From assembly GCF_009834535.1 (NCBI RefSeq), contig NC_045698.1, positions 13,270,001 through 13,334,000 on the forward strand: a stretch of DNA of 64,000 bases. Direction: 5' to 3'. The position numbers were made by a program, and so were the translations under genes. Numbering within the stretch: position 1 is the first letter of the stretch; each line of letters opens with the position of its first letter. Source of the stretch: Camelus ferus (Eukaryota). Shown here one piece after another: positions 25,900-37,660 of the stretch. The notes under the pieces were generated by a model. The model did not search any database. It was not told where the DNA came from and was given only the letters and a program-made list of their open reading frames with translations.

Positions 25900-26930
25900 A
25901 AACAAAAACACTCCAAGAAGAAAAAAAATCCAGAGAAATAATGAGGAGATATGCAAAACAGAAGCACATTTAAGAGTGATTATAATTCATATGAACAAAG
26001 AAATTTGAAAGCATATCACATTTATAACTAATGAAAAGTGGTCATGACAAGTAGTCAGAATTCTAGGAATCTAACAAGATAATTTTGAATATTTAATCGT
26101 GAAACAAATAATCACAGAAAATGTTAGCAGAAGAGCTGTCCCTGATGACTGCAGCAGTGAACTAAAGGCCAAAGTGATGAGGTCAACTTGGAACATAACA
26201 CAAAGGAAAAACGAGGGGCAAGTGGTCTCAAAGAGGGGCGATGGAAAGGTTTCAATGTCTTTTCATACATTCAACAATTATTTATGAGGGTAGTTTTTAT
26301 TTTAAATAAGGCAACAAGGTAGGTGTCAAAAAGATAGCAAAGGTGATATTTGGGTAATGTTTTGGGGTGTTGAGAAAGTTAAGAGATATGGTCAACAGGC
26401 CCCATAAAGAGAGATTTGCCGGTTCAGATGAAACGGCAAAATCAAATTCATAATAAAAATAAGTTTCATTGAGCTGAAGATGTGACTATTCTGCTTGTAA
26501 GAGTCCATCTCATACCAAATAGGACTAATGAGAGAAAGAACACACCCCTCCCCAGTTACACATTAATGATATAAAAAGTAAAAAAAAATTACAGTGAAAA
26601 TGATGGAAAGTCTCAGAAGAAAAATGTCAAATTGTTTATAGAGCAGGAGGAATTAGAGTTGCAATAAGATTCTGCAGAATTTATTTCTAGGAGCTGTATG
26701 AGCACTAGAATCTGTAAGAGTGCAAAAAAGTCTCACCATATCTGAATGACTTCTAAGAGTAAAGTGTAACAAAAAATAAAAAAAATTTTTGACATAAGTT
26801 ACGTGAGAAGTTTAACAACTATAAACACATCTGAAAATTGTCTGCATATATTTATTCAGAAAAAAAATACAGGAAATAAGGAATGAAAATGTGAAATCCA
26901 AGGAACAGTGATAATCAAAGGAATTATTAA
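25900..26930 (+). mobile_element. Very old L1 ORF1/HAL1-like remnant
   Basis: Strongly A-rich plus strand with diverged ORF1-like segments (ttgagctgaagatgtgact...aagagtccatc...accaaataggactaatga). Confidence 0.4.
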
Positions 26931-26964
26931 AAGTTAAGTCTAATTCAAGAGTCAGTCTAGATGG

Positions 26965-27135
26965 GCAAACATCTAGCTTCATCACTTTTAGTTGGATAAG
27001 CACTGTATCCTTTAGTGCCTGAGTTTCTGTATCTACAGATGGGAATGATACTGGTCCTTAGCTCTGAGGACTATTATGTGCATTAAATGAGATAATATTG
27101 GAAGGCATTTGTACAGTGGCTGATGAATTGTATGT
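26965..27135 (+). mobile_element. MIR SINE
   Basis: 'gtgcctgagtttctgtatctacagatgggaatgata...gcattaaatgagataat' MIR core. Confidence 0.75.
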
Positions 27136-27154
27136 GTTATGTGTTGTGCCTGTT

Positions 27155-27243
27155 CCTCTTCCCCTCCTCCTCCTCCTACTCCCCCGCCTCTTGCTTCTCT
27201 CTCTCTTCTTTCTTTTTTCCTCCTCCTCCTTCTTCTTGCTTCT
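27155..27243. repeat. CT-rich low-complexity / (CCT)n tract
   Basis: Direct reading of a pyrimidine-rich stretch. Confidence 0.85.
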
Positions 27244-30200
27244 CAGGAAGAGTGAGTAAAAATATTGATTAGAGAATGTTCAACTGTTCTCCTCTAAGCC
27301 ACCAATCAAAAATAATTTCTCACACCTTGTGGAGGAGACAGGAAGAGAAATGCTGTAAAGTCAGAAATGTTCACCCAACATTATTCCCTTTGAGGAAGTC
27401 ACGTCAGAAAAATTCCATAGGAAAAAATGATCAGAATGAATGTCCTTGGCTAAGAAAGCTCTCTGCTGATGACATAATTGGATGTAACTCAATATTCCAC
27501 ACTAGTGTGTATGTGTGTGTTTTTAGGAGCACAGGTGTATAATTATGCAAATTTTGCATGGTCTATCTAATACAACTAACCAAATACTGAAATTAATAAT
27601 TGATCTCGTAAAAGTCAACCATGGACCATGTGTAAGAGTGACAACAGCTATCAGTGATCATGTTCTTTCCCTAGTCCTCTTTTAATTCAGAAATACTCCT
27701 AAAAGAGGACATAAACTGGCCTTTTAGAAACAAGACTAAAATATATAGATAAAGAGAGGAGACAGGCTAGAGATGGATAGATACCAGACTTACTACTGAT
27801 AATCCTTTCGCCCTGCCTGTTACATGAGTACATTCTCTGTAGCTTTTTTTTTTTTAATTCAGTGGAGATGGTCAGTAACTTATGCTAGGTCAGGCAAGAC
27901 GATTTCTTTTTATAATCCCTCTATTAAGCCTCCATTTTTAAAAATTGAATAGAACTTTTAAAAATAATATTTATGTCATATTTTCTACTTCCAGCTTACT
28001 CTTTTGCCAGGTATTTAGGGTATAATTCTGAATACAAATATAAGGAAGGAAAACTCTCCTATTAATTAAGGTAAAATTGACATCTTACAACATCAACTCT
28101 GTAGAAGTTACTTTTGATGATATCCAATGGGATCGAACTAAGATAGCTGTTTAAAAGAAAACCTCTGATAATTTTGTGCATGTGACCTGAAAAGTTGCCT
28201 GTGGGGAGCTAGAAAAATTTCCTTAAAGAATGTTTCTGTGTTTTCCAATACTTATGACTCAGCCATAAGTACCCTATGAAATCCCTGTGCCTTTTGGGAT
28301 GATCAGTGTAGAAAAATGAAGAATGATTAACTGGTAGTAGCTGAGAAATCTCATAAACATTCATTTCTTTGACTGATTTGGGGGATTCCACTCCATAATC
28401 ATATGTCTTGAGAGAACAGGGTCTCTAGGTTAAGAAAACACGAGCTGGGTACTCAGTGACTAGCCTGTTATATGCACATGTGTCTGCTTGATGCCTTGAT
28501 GGCATTTGAGGACAGACTGAATGGAAAACTAATGTGATTTCAGATTAGAAATACATATTATGATGCTGTAAATGCATATTATAAAATCTAAGATTGAAAA
28601 TGTTAGATACAATCTTTAATCATCTCAAAGATATTTGGTGTATTTTATAGACCAAAAGGTGTACCCGTCTGATAAGGAATCAGAAAAATTATTTTCTGTT
28701 AGATTCACTTTTGAGATACGTGCAAGGTTAATTCTTGCTCTAGTTTGATTTTTTTTTTTTTTTTCTCAAACCACACCCAATGAAAAACAGGTCGGGGAAA
28801 TCTAGCATATCTAACTATAGATAGAAGACTCAGAAGACTACATCATTGGGTCAGCATTAGCCTTAGACAGGGTGAGTTGCACAAATACATTCCTTACATG
28901 GGAAGAGACAGGTCTGATGAATTTCAGGCGCAGGTTGTCTACATTCAGAGCTCTCTGCTTACGATTCCAGTCGGGTTCTGCCAGAGCGTGCTTCAGTAAC
29001 TAGGTGAGAGCAAGGCAGCTTCTCTCCGTCTGTGTAAGAAAGCAACACTTCTTAACATGATGACTTTTTTTGGAATATGAAAAGTCTGGCAGATTGTGAG
29101 GCCTTGAGATGAACTTTTGTGGAGTTATAGTCATATAGAAGCATACATGACATGTTTCCTGAAAAAGAGTTGGTTTGGGGGAAACAAGCCAGAAGTGCAT
29201 AGGATTAGGGGCACCCATGGGTAGTGAGTAACTCACATCCTCAACTCAAGACTTGTGTCTACTTGCTTAGGGCGGCGAAGATAATTCCCTCAGTCCCCAG
29301 CCCTACTAACAAAGCCCAGTAGTCAGCTGCTGTTAGTGCAGACAAACAATGAGACTTCCAACCAGACTGTGGAGAATAAAATGTAAGAAAATTTGAGAAT
29401 GTTTCCATGTTTTCCCCCCAATTTGATATCTGGGGAAGTATGATTACTGGTCTCTCTCAGGATGAACTTTCTCATGAGGAAAAATAAAATAAAAATAAAA
29501 ATTCAGAATTGTGTGGCTGGAGTGTGCTGTGTAGAGAGTCTTCTTTTATCAGGCAGCTCATGATTTTCACAACAAACTGTGAATTTCAAGATGCAGGATG
29601 AAATGGCAGATTCTCGAACTGAAACTCCACATTGCAGAACTCAGATAAATATTTGCAAAGGTAATTCTCTAAAGCGTTGTTGTAAAGAATTTATAGTATC
29701 CTTCTTACTTTGTCAGTAGACAGAATTTGAGATGACTAAAACGTGTTTTTATTACAAGGGAATAAACCATATCGGTATTCCTATCATGTTATTAAAGCAT
29801 TCATAACATTTAAAATTCTTCCTTTTCAGAGACACCCAGATGGAAGGAGATTCTTAAAAATTCATTATATGTGATGAATTTTTTATTTTAATTTGTATTT
29901 CTTTTTCTCTACTGTTAGATTATACATGTAGTAGAATAAATCATACATATATACATTTTATAGCTGTTTATTGAGATACATGTTTTTCTCATAACTCACA
30001 CTTATAAAAGCTCATGTGTGGTAAGCACAATAATAGAATTTAAGATCGTGACTTGCCAATCTACTTTATTTGTGATTAATTTCATAAAATATACTGATTT
30101 CATCATTACACTATTAAAACAAAGCATCATATTTTTGTATTGATAATTCCTTTTGAAGTTAAACAGATGAAATGGTGACCTGCCACAGATAGAGAATTAT

Positions 30201-30399
30201 TGTTTTGGTTGAAGAGCTAAATAGATAGTTATTAGTTTTCTGTCTAACACATGATTGTTCGATTAGGCAGAAGATAACTCATGAATATATAGAAAATTAG
30301 CAATTACTTTTGCATAATCATCACAGCATGGAAAGTGTTGACTAAAGCAATTAATCCATTACATGATACCATTTTAGTATAATTTTCATGTAATACTGT

Positions 30400-30608
30400 G
30401 CAACTGACTTTCCTCATATTACCTCTGGCCTCTGTTTTGATCTTCTCTTAAATAGTCCTAAATAATCAAATTCGCATGTATTATAAAGTTATTCATTTGA
30501 CATTATTTCTCAGAAGTAAAAATTCTCATAAATTAATGCAAATAAATGCATTTGCTGAATCAATGAAATCAATAAATACAAATAGTACTGTCGTTACATT
30601 AATTGTGT
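30400..30608 (+). repeat. Dispersed direct duplication, copy 1 (partner 34360-34554)
   Basis: Collinear similarity from gcaactgactttcctcat to aattgtgt; 40-bp identical core at 30479-30518. Confidence 0.92.
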
Positions 30609-31009
30609 AATGACTTAATCTTATTGGGAAATGATTGTTTAAAGAATCCTGGGTGTCAATGGTAAAGCAAATCTTACCTCTCTCTTCAACAATTTTAAAA
30701 TAAATTTCTTGATCTTATAGTTTTAAAGCTTTTAGGTCTTACTTATTAATTTGCAAATATTAATATGTATATATATGTTTATAGCTGTTGTGCTCAAATT
30801 ACCTTCTCACGTGTAAGAAGTTAGGAAAAGTCCATATTTTAAGACTTTTAATGTCTCAAAATTTTTATCTGAAATGATTATTTATTATAAATCCACCTTG
30901 TAAACATTGAATTATAGAACCAGATGTCTACCTGTTTCTCCTAACAGCACTTATTTGAAAGGCATGCTAATTTTTATAGTCATTGCTATCAAATTCTGTG
31001 GTTTAAAAG

Positions 31010-31160
31010 CTGTAAAGACATCACCTGAGGAGAGCTTTAAGTGACTGATCTACGCTGTCTCCCAGAATAATTAATTCAGAACCTCAGAGGGTAAAATACA
31101 GATATCAGTCATGGGTAAACCCTAGTTAATCTAATACACAAGCAAATCTGAGAGCCAGGG
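31010..31160. mobile_element. MER5-like hAT-Charlie MITE
   Basis: 'atcacctgaggagagctttaa...aattcagaacctcagaggg...gttaatctaatacacaagcaaatctgagagcca'. Confidence 0.5.
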
Positions 31161-31784
31161 CTGAGAATTGCCTATAAGCATCGTGTGTGTATTTGGACAC
31201 CGTGAGCTGAACGCCACCTGAAAAAGACGACTGTGGCGGTGCTTTCACAGATAGTTTTTCTTCCTTCAACTTAATGATTTTTCTTGGACTTACCATTGTT
31301 TCCACATTGCAAAAGCCTCTAACTGTATACTACGTTCTGATAGCACTAATCCCCAGAGATGTTGAATTTTCAGCCGTTCTCAATTTTTGCTGCAGATTGA
31401 AATTCTCTAGGGACCTTTGAAAGACTCAGGTACTCAGCTGATTCTGAAGCACTGCAAGGCTGAAAACCTTTCCTTTGATCTATATGCATGCTGGACTCAC
31501 ACCGGTGCTTTGGCATTTTTTTTAATCCATTCAAAACACTTATTTTACCACTTTATTATGACTGGATTTAATCTTCAAGTTCTTTTTTTTTGCTAAGAAA
31601 AAATTTAATGATTATGTAGTTATCAATTGCATATTCATAATTAAAAAGGAATACAGCTAGATTAAACAGTCTTTGAAAGTTCAGAGTTTTAAAAAATATT
31701 CTTCGTACTTTATGTGGCTTATAGGTATTGCTCTACTAAACACGGCAGGTTGCACTGTACAATTTTGAGCCAACTGTTTTGTTT

Positions 31785-32196
31785 TTTAAACATTTTGCAA
31801 GTTTTAGGTGTACAACATGCTGATTTGATATGCTTATATTTTGCAAAATGATTATCACCATAGCATTAGCTAATATCTCCAGCATGTCACATAATTGTCA
31901 TTTCTTTTTTGTGGTGGGAACATTTCAGATCCAGTCTCTTAGCAACTTTAAGTTTGTAATACAGTATTGCTGACTGTACTCACAATGCTGTGCATTTGAT
32001 CCCCAGAATTTATAATATTTTTAGCTTCAAAGTTTGTACACTTCGACAAACATCTCCCCAAATCATCCACCCGCTCCAGCCCTTGGTAAACACCATTCTA
32101 CTCTTTGTTTCTATGAGTTCAGCCTTTTTAGACTCCACATATATGTTGTACAGTTTTTGTCTTTCTTTGTCTGACTTACCTCAGTGTAATGCCCTC
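31785..32196 (-). mobile_element. L1 3' end fragment (L1MA9-like)
   Basis: 'ttttaggtgtacaacatgctgatttgata...cttagcaactttaagtttgtaatacagtattg...ccagcccttggtaaacaccattctactct...tagactccacat'. Confidence 0.85.
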
Positions 32197-32351
32197 GTGA
32201 TCAGCTACTCACTTTTCAATAGAGTTCTACACCTGGGCAAGGGCTTTATGGTTGGAATGCCTACTTGAGATTTAGTATGCTCTGGGCTTTGCCCTGTAAT
32301 TGAATATATATTATATATCCTAGAACCACTGGTCTAGACTAATATATATAT

Positions 32352-33205
32352 TAGTTCTCAAAGTGTAATCTCTGGACTGCTGGGAAACAAACTGCTGGAA
32401 AGCAAGACACTGGAAAAAGGAACAGCTGGAAAACAAGCCGCACCTAAATTTCCATGAGCTTAAAATGCTATATGACATTTGCTTGCTTAAAATGCACATG
32501 CTTGCTTTGTTTTAATGTTTTACACACTAGATGACCTACAGCACGTATTATGCTAAAGAAAATTGGTGGTGAGCAATCCTGAGATTGACCATAAGGGCAT
32601 GAAGGAGGGCAGATATTTCCTTAGGGTGAAACAACGGAGGGTCCTGGAAAGCCAGATCATCCATTAACAGAACTTTGTTCTGGCATGAAAGCCTGCCCTT
32701 AAGCCCAGGGGAGATAATTGCTATCTTGAGATGTCCCGGAGGCAATAACAGGGTAGATTTAGAAATTTTGCATACCCCGAGGAGGGCGAGTTTTCCTGGA
32801 AGGGAAAGGCCTGAAATTAATCAGGTAACCAGCAAGCAGAACTTGATGCTTATTGCATTGAATATCTAAAGCCCTGCCTCTGATCACATTTTTTTCTGAG
32901 CTGTATGCTCCTAATAAATATAATGATCACCAGGCTTTCAGGACTCTCGATCCATGAGATCTTGAGTTCCCTGGTGGTCCCATCTTTGCTCTTTACTTTG
33001 TCTCTTTGTTTTCTTAAATCTTGTGTCACCTGTCCTCAGACACGGTCCTGAGCTGCGCTGGACACAGCACTTGACCAATAGGAGTTTGTCACAAATGCAC
33101 ATTATGAAGTTCCATTTCAGTACTTCGGGAGTAGGACCTACAATCTGGGTTTTAGCAAGCTCTTCAGGTATTGCTCAAGGACGATCAAGTTTAAGAAACA
33201 CTTAA
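32352..33205. mobile_element. MER5A-like MITE split by an LTR (halves 32352-32377 and 33070-33205)
   Basis: Left half agttctcaaagtgtaatctctggac; right half ...caatctgggttttagcaagctcttcaggt...aagtttaagaaacact. Confidence 0.7.
32378..33069 (+). mobile_element. Solo LTR, probably ERVK/beta-class
   Basis: Inverted termini TGCTG...CAGCA; 6-bp near-TSD ctggac/cttgac; tandem CTGGAAAA units in U3; TATA-like taaatataa near 32916. Confidence 0.75.
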
Positions 33206-34359
33206 TCTAATCCGTTTTGCCTAAACAGTCTCTAGTCATAATAATTCTGTTAGAGTTTTGTTAATGTGCGTTAGTTTTGCATATTTAATCTTCTTTGAGA
33301 TCTATTTTTCTATCAAGGTTCTTTCTTTGTAAACATTTTCAAATTATATTCATCTTGCAGCACTACTTTGTTCTCAGTTCAACTCAAGAAATATTAGAAA
33401 GAATAGTTATGTGCAGGTAAATAATTTATTGCCTTCATTTAAATACACTTTATATAAGTAATCACATACAATGGCAATTGGTACTCCTTACAGAATGCAT
33501 TCCACACAAATACCAAATCTTTTTAAATACTTCTGAGTCTAAATTAAAAATAGTGCTTGATAGTAACTTCTGTATATTCTGGCTCTTGAAAAGTTAATAG
33601 ACTTGGCAGAAATAATGAGAACAAAAAGTTTGTGGTAAGTCGAAGATGAAAATCTAGATTTCATAATCACTCTTCCTCTAATGAATTCTTTAAGGATAAT
33701 AGAATTCATAACCTCTAAAATAAGTATGGCTGAAAAGAGCTAGTTAGCTCTGTGAAAAAAATCATTATTATCTCTTTTAATTTTAGCTCTAGCTATAGGA
33801 CCTAGAGCCATGCCTTGCAAAAACTAGACACTCAAGTATTCATTAAATAAACGCTAAAATAAATGAAATAAAGAAATCAACTTAATTTAAGAGGCATTTA
33901 TGTAAAATGATGGTACGTACACAAGCAGAATCTGTAATTTGCCATCCCTCCCTCATCCCCCACCCACGCACACACAAAGGGAATTTGTTTTCTTTTGGAA
34001 TTTGAACAAAATTGAGCAGTTTTAGAGGAACAGAAGCTCCATCAGTACACATGAATCACACTGAGTTAGTTGCACACTCGTTTCTAAAATGTACACATAA
34101 TCCTGGATCACAGGATGAAGGGTAGACAGCTTTACTTAATGACCATTACACCCTGACAGTCCTGCAGTAACTCCCAGGTAAAGGGATCTGATTGTTTTTG
34201 TACATTTCTGGCAGGCAGATGTCACTGCCTCAATTGGAAGTAATTGGGAGGCTGGTTGGCCCCCTGAATGCTGAGGCCAAAAAGAACATTTTTCTAGATT
34301 TGAAAGTTGATTTCATTCCTTCTGATTAACACCATTAGAGAAGAGACATATTCCCCTGA

Positions 34360-34554
34360 GCAACTGACTTTCCTCATCTTAACCCTGGCCTCCCTTTGGT
34401 CTTTTCTTAAATAATCCAATGCTTGTATATTATAAAGTTATTCATTTGACATTATTTCTCAGAAGTAGAAATTCTCTTAAAATTAACACAAATAAATACA
34501 TTTGCCAGATCAATGCTATCAATAATATGAATAGTATTGTGACAGTAATTGTGT
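34360..34554 (+). repeat. Dispersed direct duplication, copy 2 (partner 30400-30608)
   Basis: Same collinear sequence; identical core at 34428-34467. Confidence 0.92.
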
Positions 34555-37554
34555 TTCTCCAGATGTTTACAAAACGTACGAGTTTGAGTTTCAAATAATG
34601 GTCTGTCCAGTTGCCTCCCTTGACCTCCTCACTTCCGTCTGAAACATAACTGAATTCCTCATGGATTTATAGCAAAACTATTGCTTATATTTTCAAGGAA
34701 TTTTTTTAGGAAACCCGAAACCCCCTGCATTGGAGCAGAGTGAATGTTTCCAGCATACTGTTGGCAATATTCTGATGTGAGAGTTTGTGTGACTTCTTAC
34801 AGAAACAATTTCTGTGCATCTTTTGGAATCGGTTCAAATTATTCTTCCTTACAGGACAGCCTTGGTTGAAACTCTTGTCATTTTCTTCCCTAAGGGAGAA
34901 AAAAAAATAGGATAAGCCATTGTTTTCCTGCTCTATACATTGAGATGGAAATGGCACTAAAACTGCCCTGAGATTATATCTATTATGAAAAGTAATTGAT
35001 CAGCAGCAAAAAAAGGTGTTTGTATCTTTAAGAAAAAAACTTAATAATAATTTTTATGGGATGATTTGAAATTCCCTGCTCAGAAAATGACTGCTTTAGT
35101 TCTCTTCCAGATTTATAATTCACCTTTAGGTCTTAAACAGAAGTTACTTGATTACTGACTGTGATGTTTTCTTGCAGAAAACAACCAAACTCGCATGCTC
35201 TGAACTTAGAAAACGAATTGAATCTGTGGCCTTTGCCACAGAATATTCTCAGTGCTGCATAAACAGGGAGGCTTTGGGTGTATTCCCAAAACTTTATACT
35301 TTATTAATTTTCTATAATTTAATATACGAAATGGAAGGAATTTCAGTCAGTGAATAAAGCTAAGATTTCAAGAGAAAGAAAATCCTATGTTTTAATGTGG
35401 TTCCACAGCAAATGACTTTCTATGTGACTCTATGCCTTGGTTTACTCATTTTTTTAAATCAGGACAATAATCTGACATCAAATAGATTGTAGTTTGAGAA
35501 ATTAATCGGTCTACATGCATGTAGTTCATTGAGCATGGTATATTCAAAGATGAAAGGTCTAAATTATTTAAATAATCAAGTTATATTCATCAGGGTTATT
35601 TCATTCACAAGTAATTCAAACCCAACTCAGAGTAGTTTAAACAAACAGTATTTTTTCATTTATAGGTTTGGTGAATATGGTGAGATTTTAGAAGTTCAAA
35701 TCATGACGGCTGAGTTCTAATCTCTTCACCTCTCAGCTGGACCTTTCCTCTTCGTTAGCTTTGTTCTCAGTAAGGATGCCTCCATCTTTCAGAAAACTTT
35801 TTGACTGTTTATTCAGACTTATGTATTTCTCACAGGCTCTGGAACACAGGCCTCCCCAACAGCTGTAGTGAAATTCTGACGCAGGGCCTTTGCTAGGCCA
35901 ACCCTGAGTTGGATCCCAAACCCAAACCATCGTGTGGCCAGGAATTGGCTGCTCTCTGGTCTGCTCTGCAGGGCCAAATCTCTCACTTTTTGGCAAGAGA
36001 GGATGAGGGGTGCCTATCTAAACTACAGGATAGAGTTTTTGTTACCAGAAGATCGGATAGTTGGGCATAGAGGAAAGAAAAAATACTTATTTCTATCAGT
36101 GTGTGTATCGATCTGGCAACCACAGTCTTCTATTTCAATTATCCTCAATCATTTTGGGGTCCTCCATATTTTAAGATGTAAAAAAGGGGTACTGAGAACC
36201 AAATTGATGTTAGATTGGTAGATACCATAATATATATTAAAACAAAGTTTTTCAATACAAAAATACCCAAGTACCATTCTAGTACCTGCTGAAGTGATGA
36301 TGTCAGCACACATAACACAGCCTCTGGGAAGCTCATCTGATAACATGAGTCAAAGAACAAAGTAAGAGCATTTTGAACTAGTTTTGACCACACAGAGCAC
36401 CTGAAAATGCCAGCTGGACCCCACAAAAATCTGCAGGCCACACTGTGAGAACCCTACTCTCTCCCATCATCTCACCATAAAGGAGAAATCTGAAAGAAAC
36501 CTCTCTCTCTCTCTCCTGTCCGTATAGGACTCCACTGCTGTGGGCGAGGTTCAGAACCACCTCATTCTGCTCTAGCCAACCTTTGCAACTGTTGTATGCC
36601 ACCTGGAAGATCTTGATAGTATTCAAATTTAAAAGCTATAGACTTGTTCAGCATATTGCATGATTTTCTATTTCAGCACATAAAGGAAAAAAAAAGAAAC
36701 CTGCTTTGAATGGTATAAAGTTCTCACGATCTGAGCATCGTCTCTTCTCTCTCTTTTTCATTGTATTCCGTACTTTAGAATTCATGAAGAACACGAGCAC
36801 AAAAAAGCTCTCAGGTATTTTACTTTTGATGGTGCTCTACCATTTCCTGAAATTCATTTTACTATCCCTCGGCATGAGGTTTACCTTAACAAAACTTTCC
36901 AATCTGCAGTATTTTATTTGCTTCCAGGAGATAGGTTTACGCACAATTTCCATATGCTCCCTGATACTTTCTTTCACCATGGATTCAAACTCCTAATTAA
37001 GCTTGAAAAACACTAGGGAGAAATAAATTCAAAAGGTACTTGTCTTAAAGAATTGCCCTAGAGCTCAGCAAATGACTACCCAATCTGTAAAGTCAGGTCA
37101 TTAATTAAACATGACATATTTGCGTGGCTCTTTGAAAGATCAGGATTGCAACCTCAGAATAGCACTGGTTAATAGAACTCTGCATAGTTTTTTTAAAATT
37201 TCATATTAGGAGAAATAATTTAATTTTTGCATTTGTATCACAATAACTTCTTTTATTACTAAATTTTAGTAGAAGTTTTATGATTACTTTTGTGCACAGA
37301 AAATATCTACGAGCTTGAAAATTGTGACATAGATTGTCAATGTGATGTCGAATTCCATATATACATAAAATTTGCATATGTCTAATATAGGCGAAGTGCT
37401 TTGCAATAAATTGAATGTGTGGCTGTGCCAGTCAATTTTTTGCAAGTTTGAAATTGACATTTTTAAATGCTATATATTTTCTTAAGGAGATAATCACATT
37501 TATTGCAATATTTTATATGATTTGCTTATTATGTGTTTTGTTTTTATGTCTTCT

Positions 37555-37660
37555 TTCTATTAGAATTTAAGCTCCCTGAGGGCAGATCATTGTCTGAAAT
37601 GTCCCAAGCACACAGAATATAATAAGAATAAAACAGATTATTTGTGGAATTTCTGAATTC
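37555..37660 (+). mobile_element. L2 3' end fragment
   Basis: 'ctattagaatttaagctccctgagggcag' is the L2 3' motif. Confidence 0.6.
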
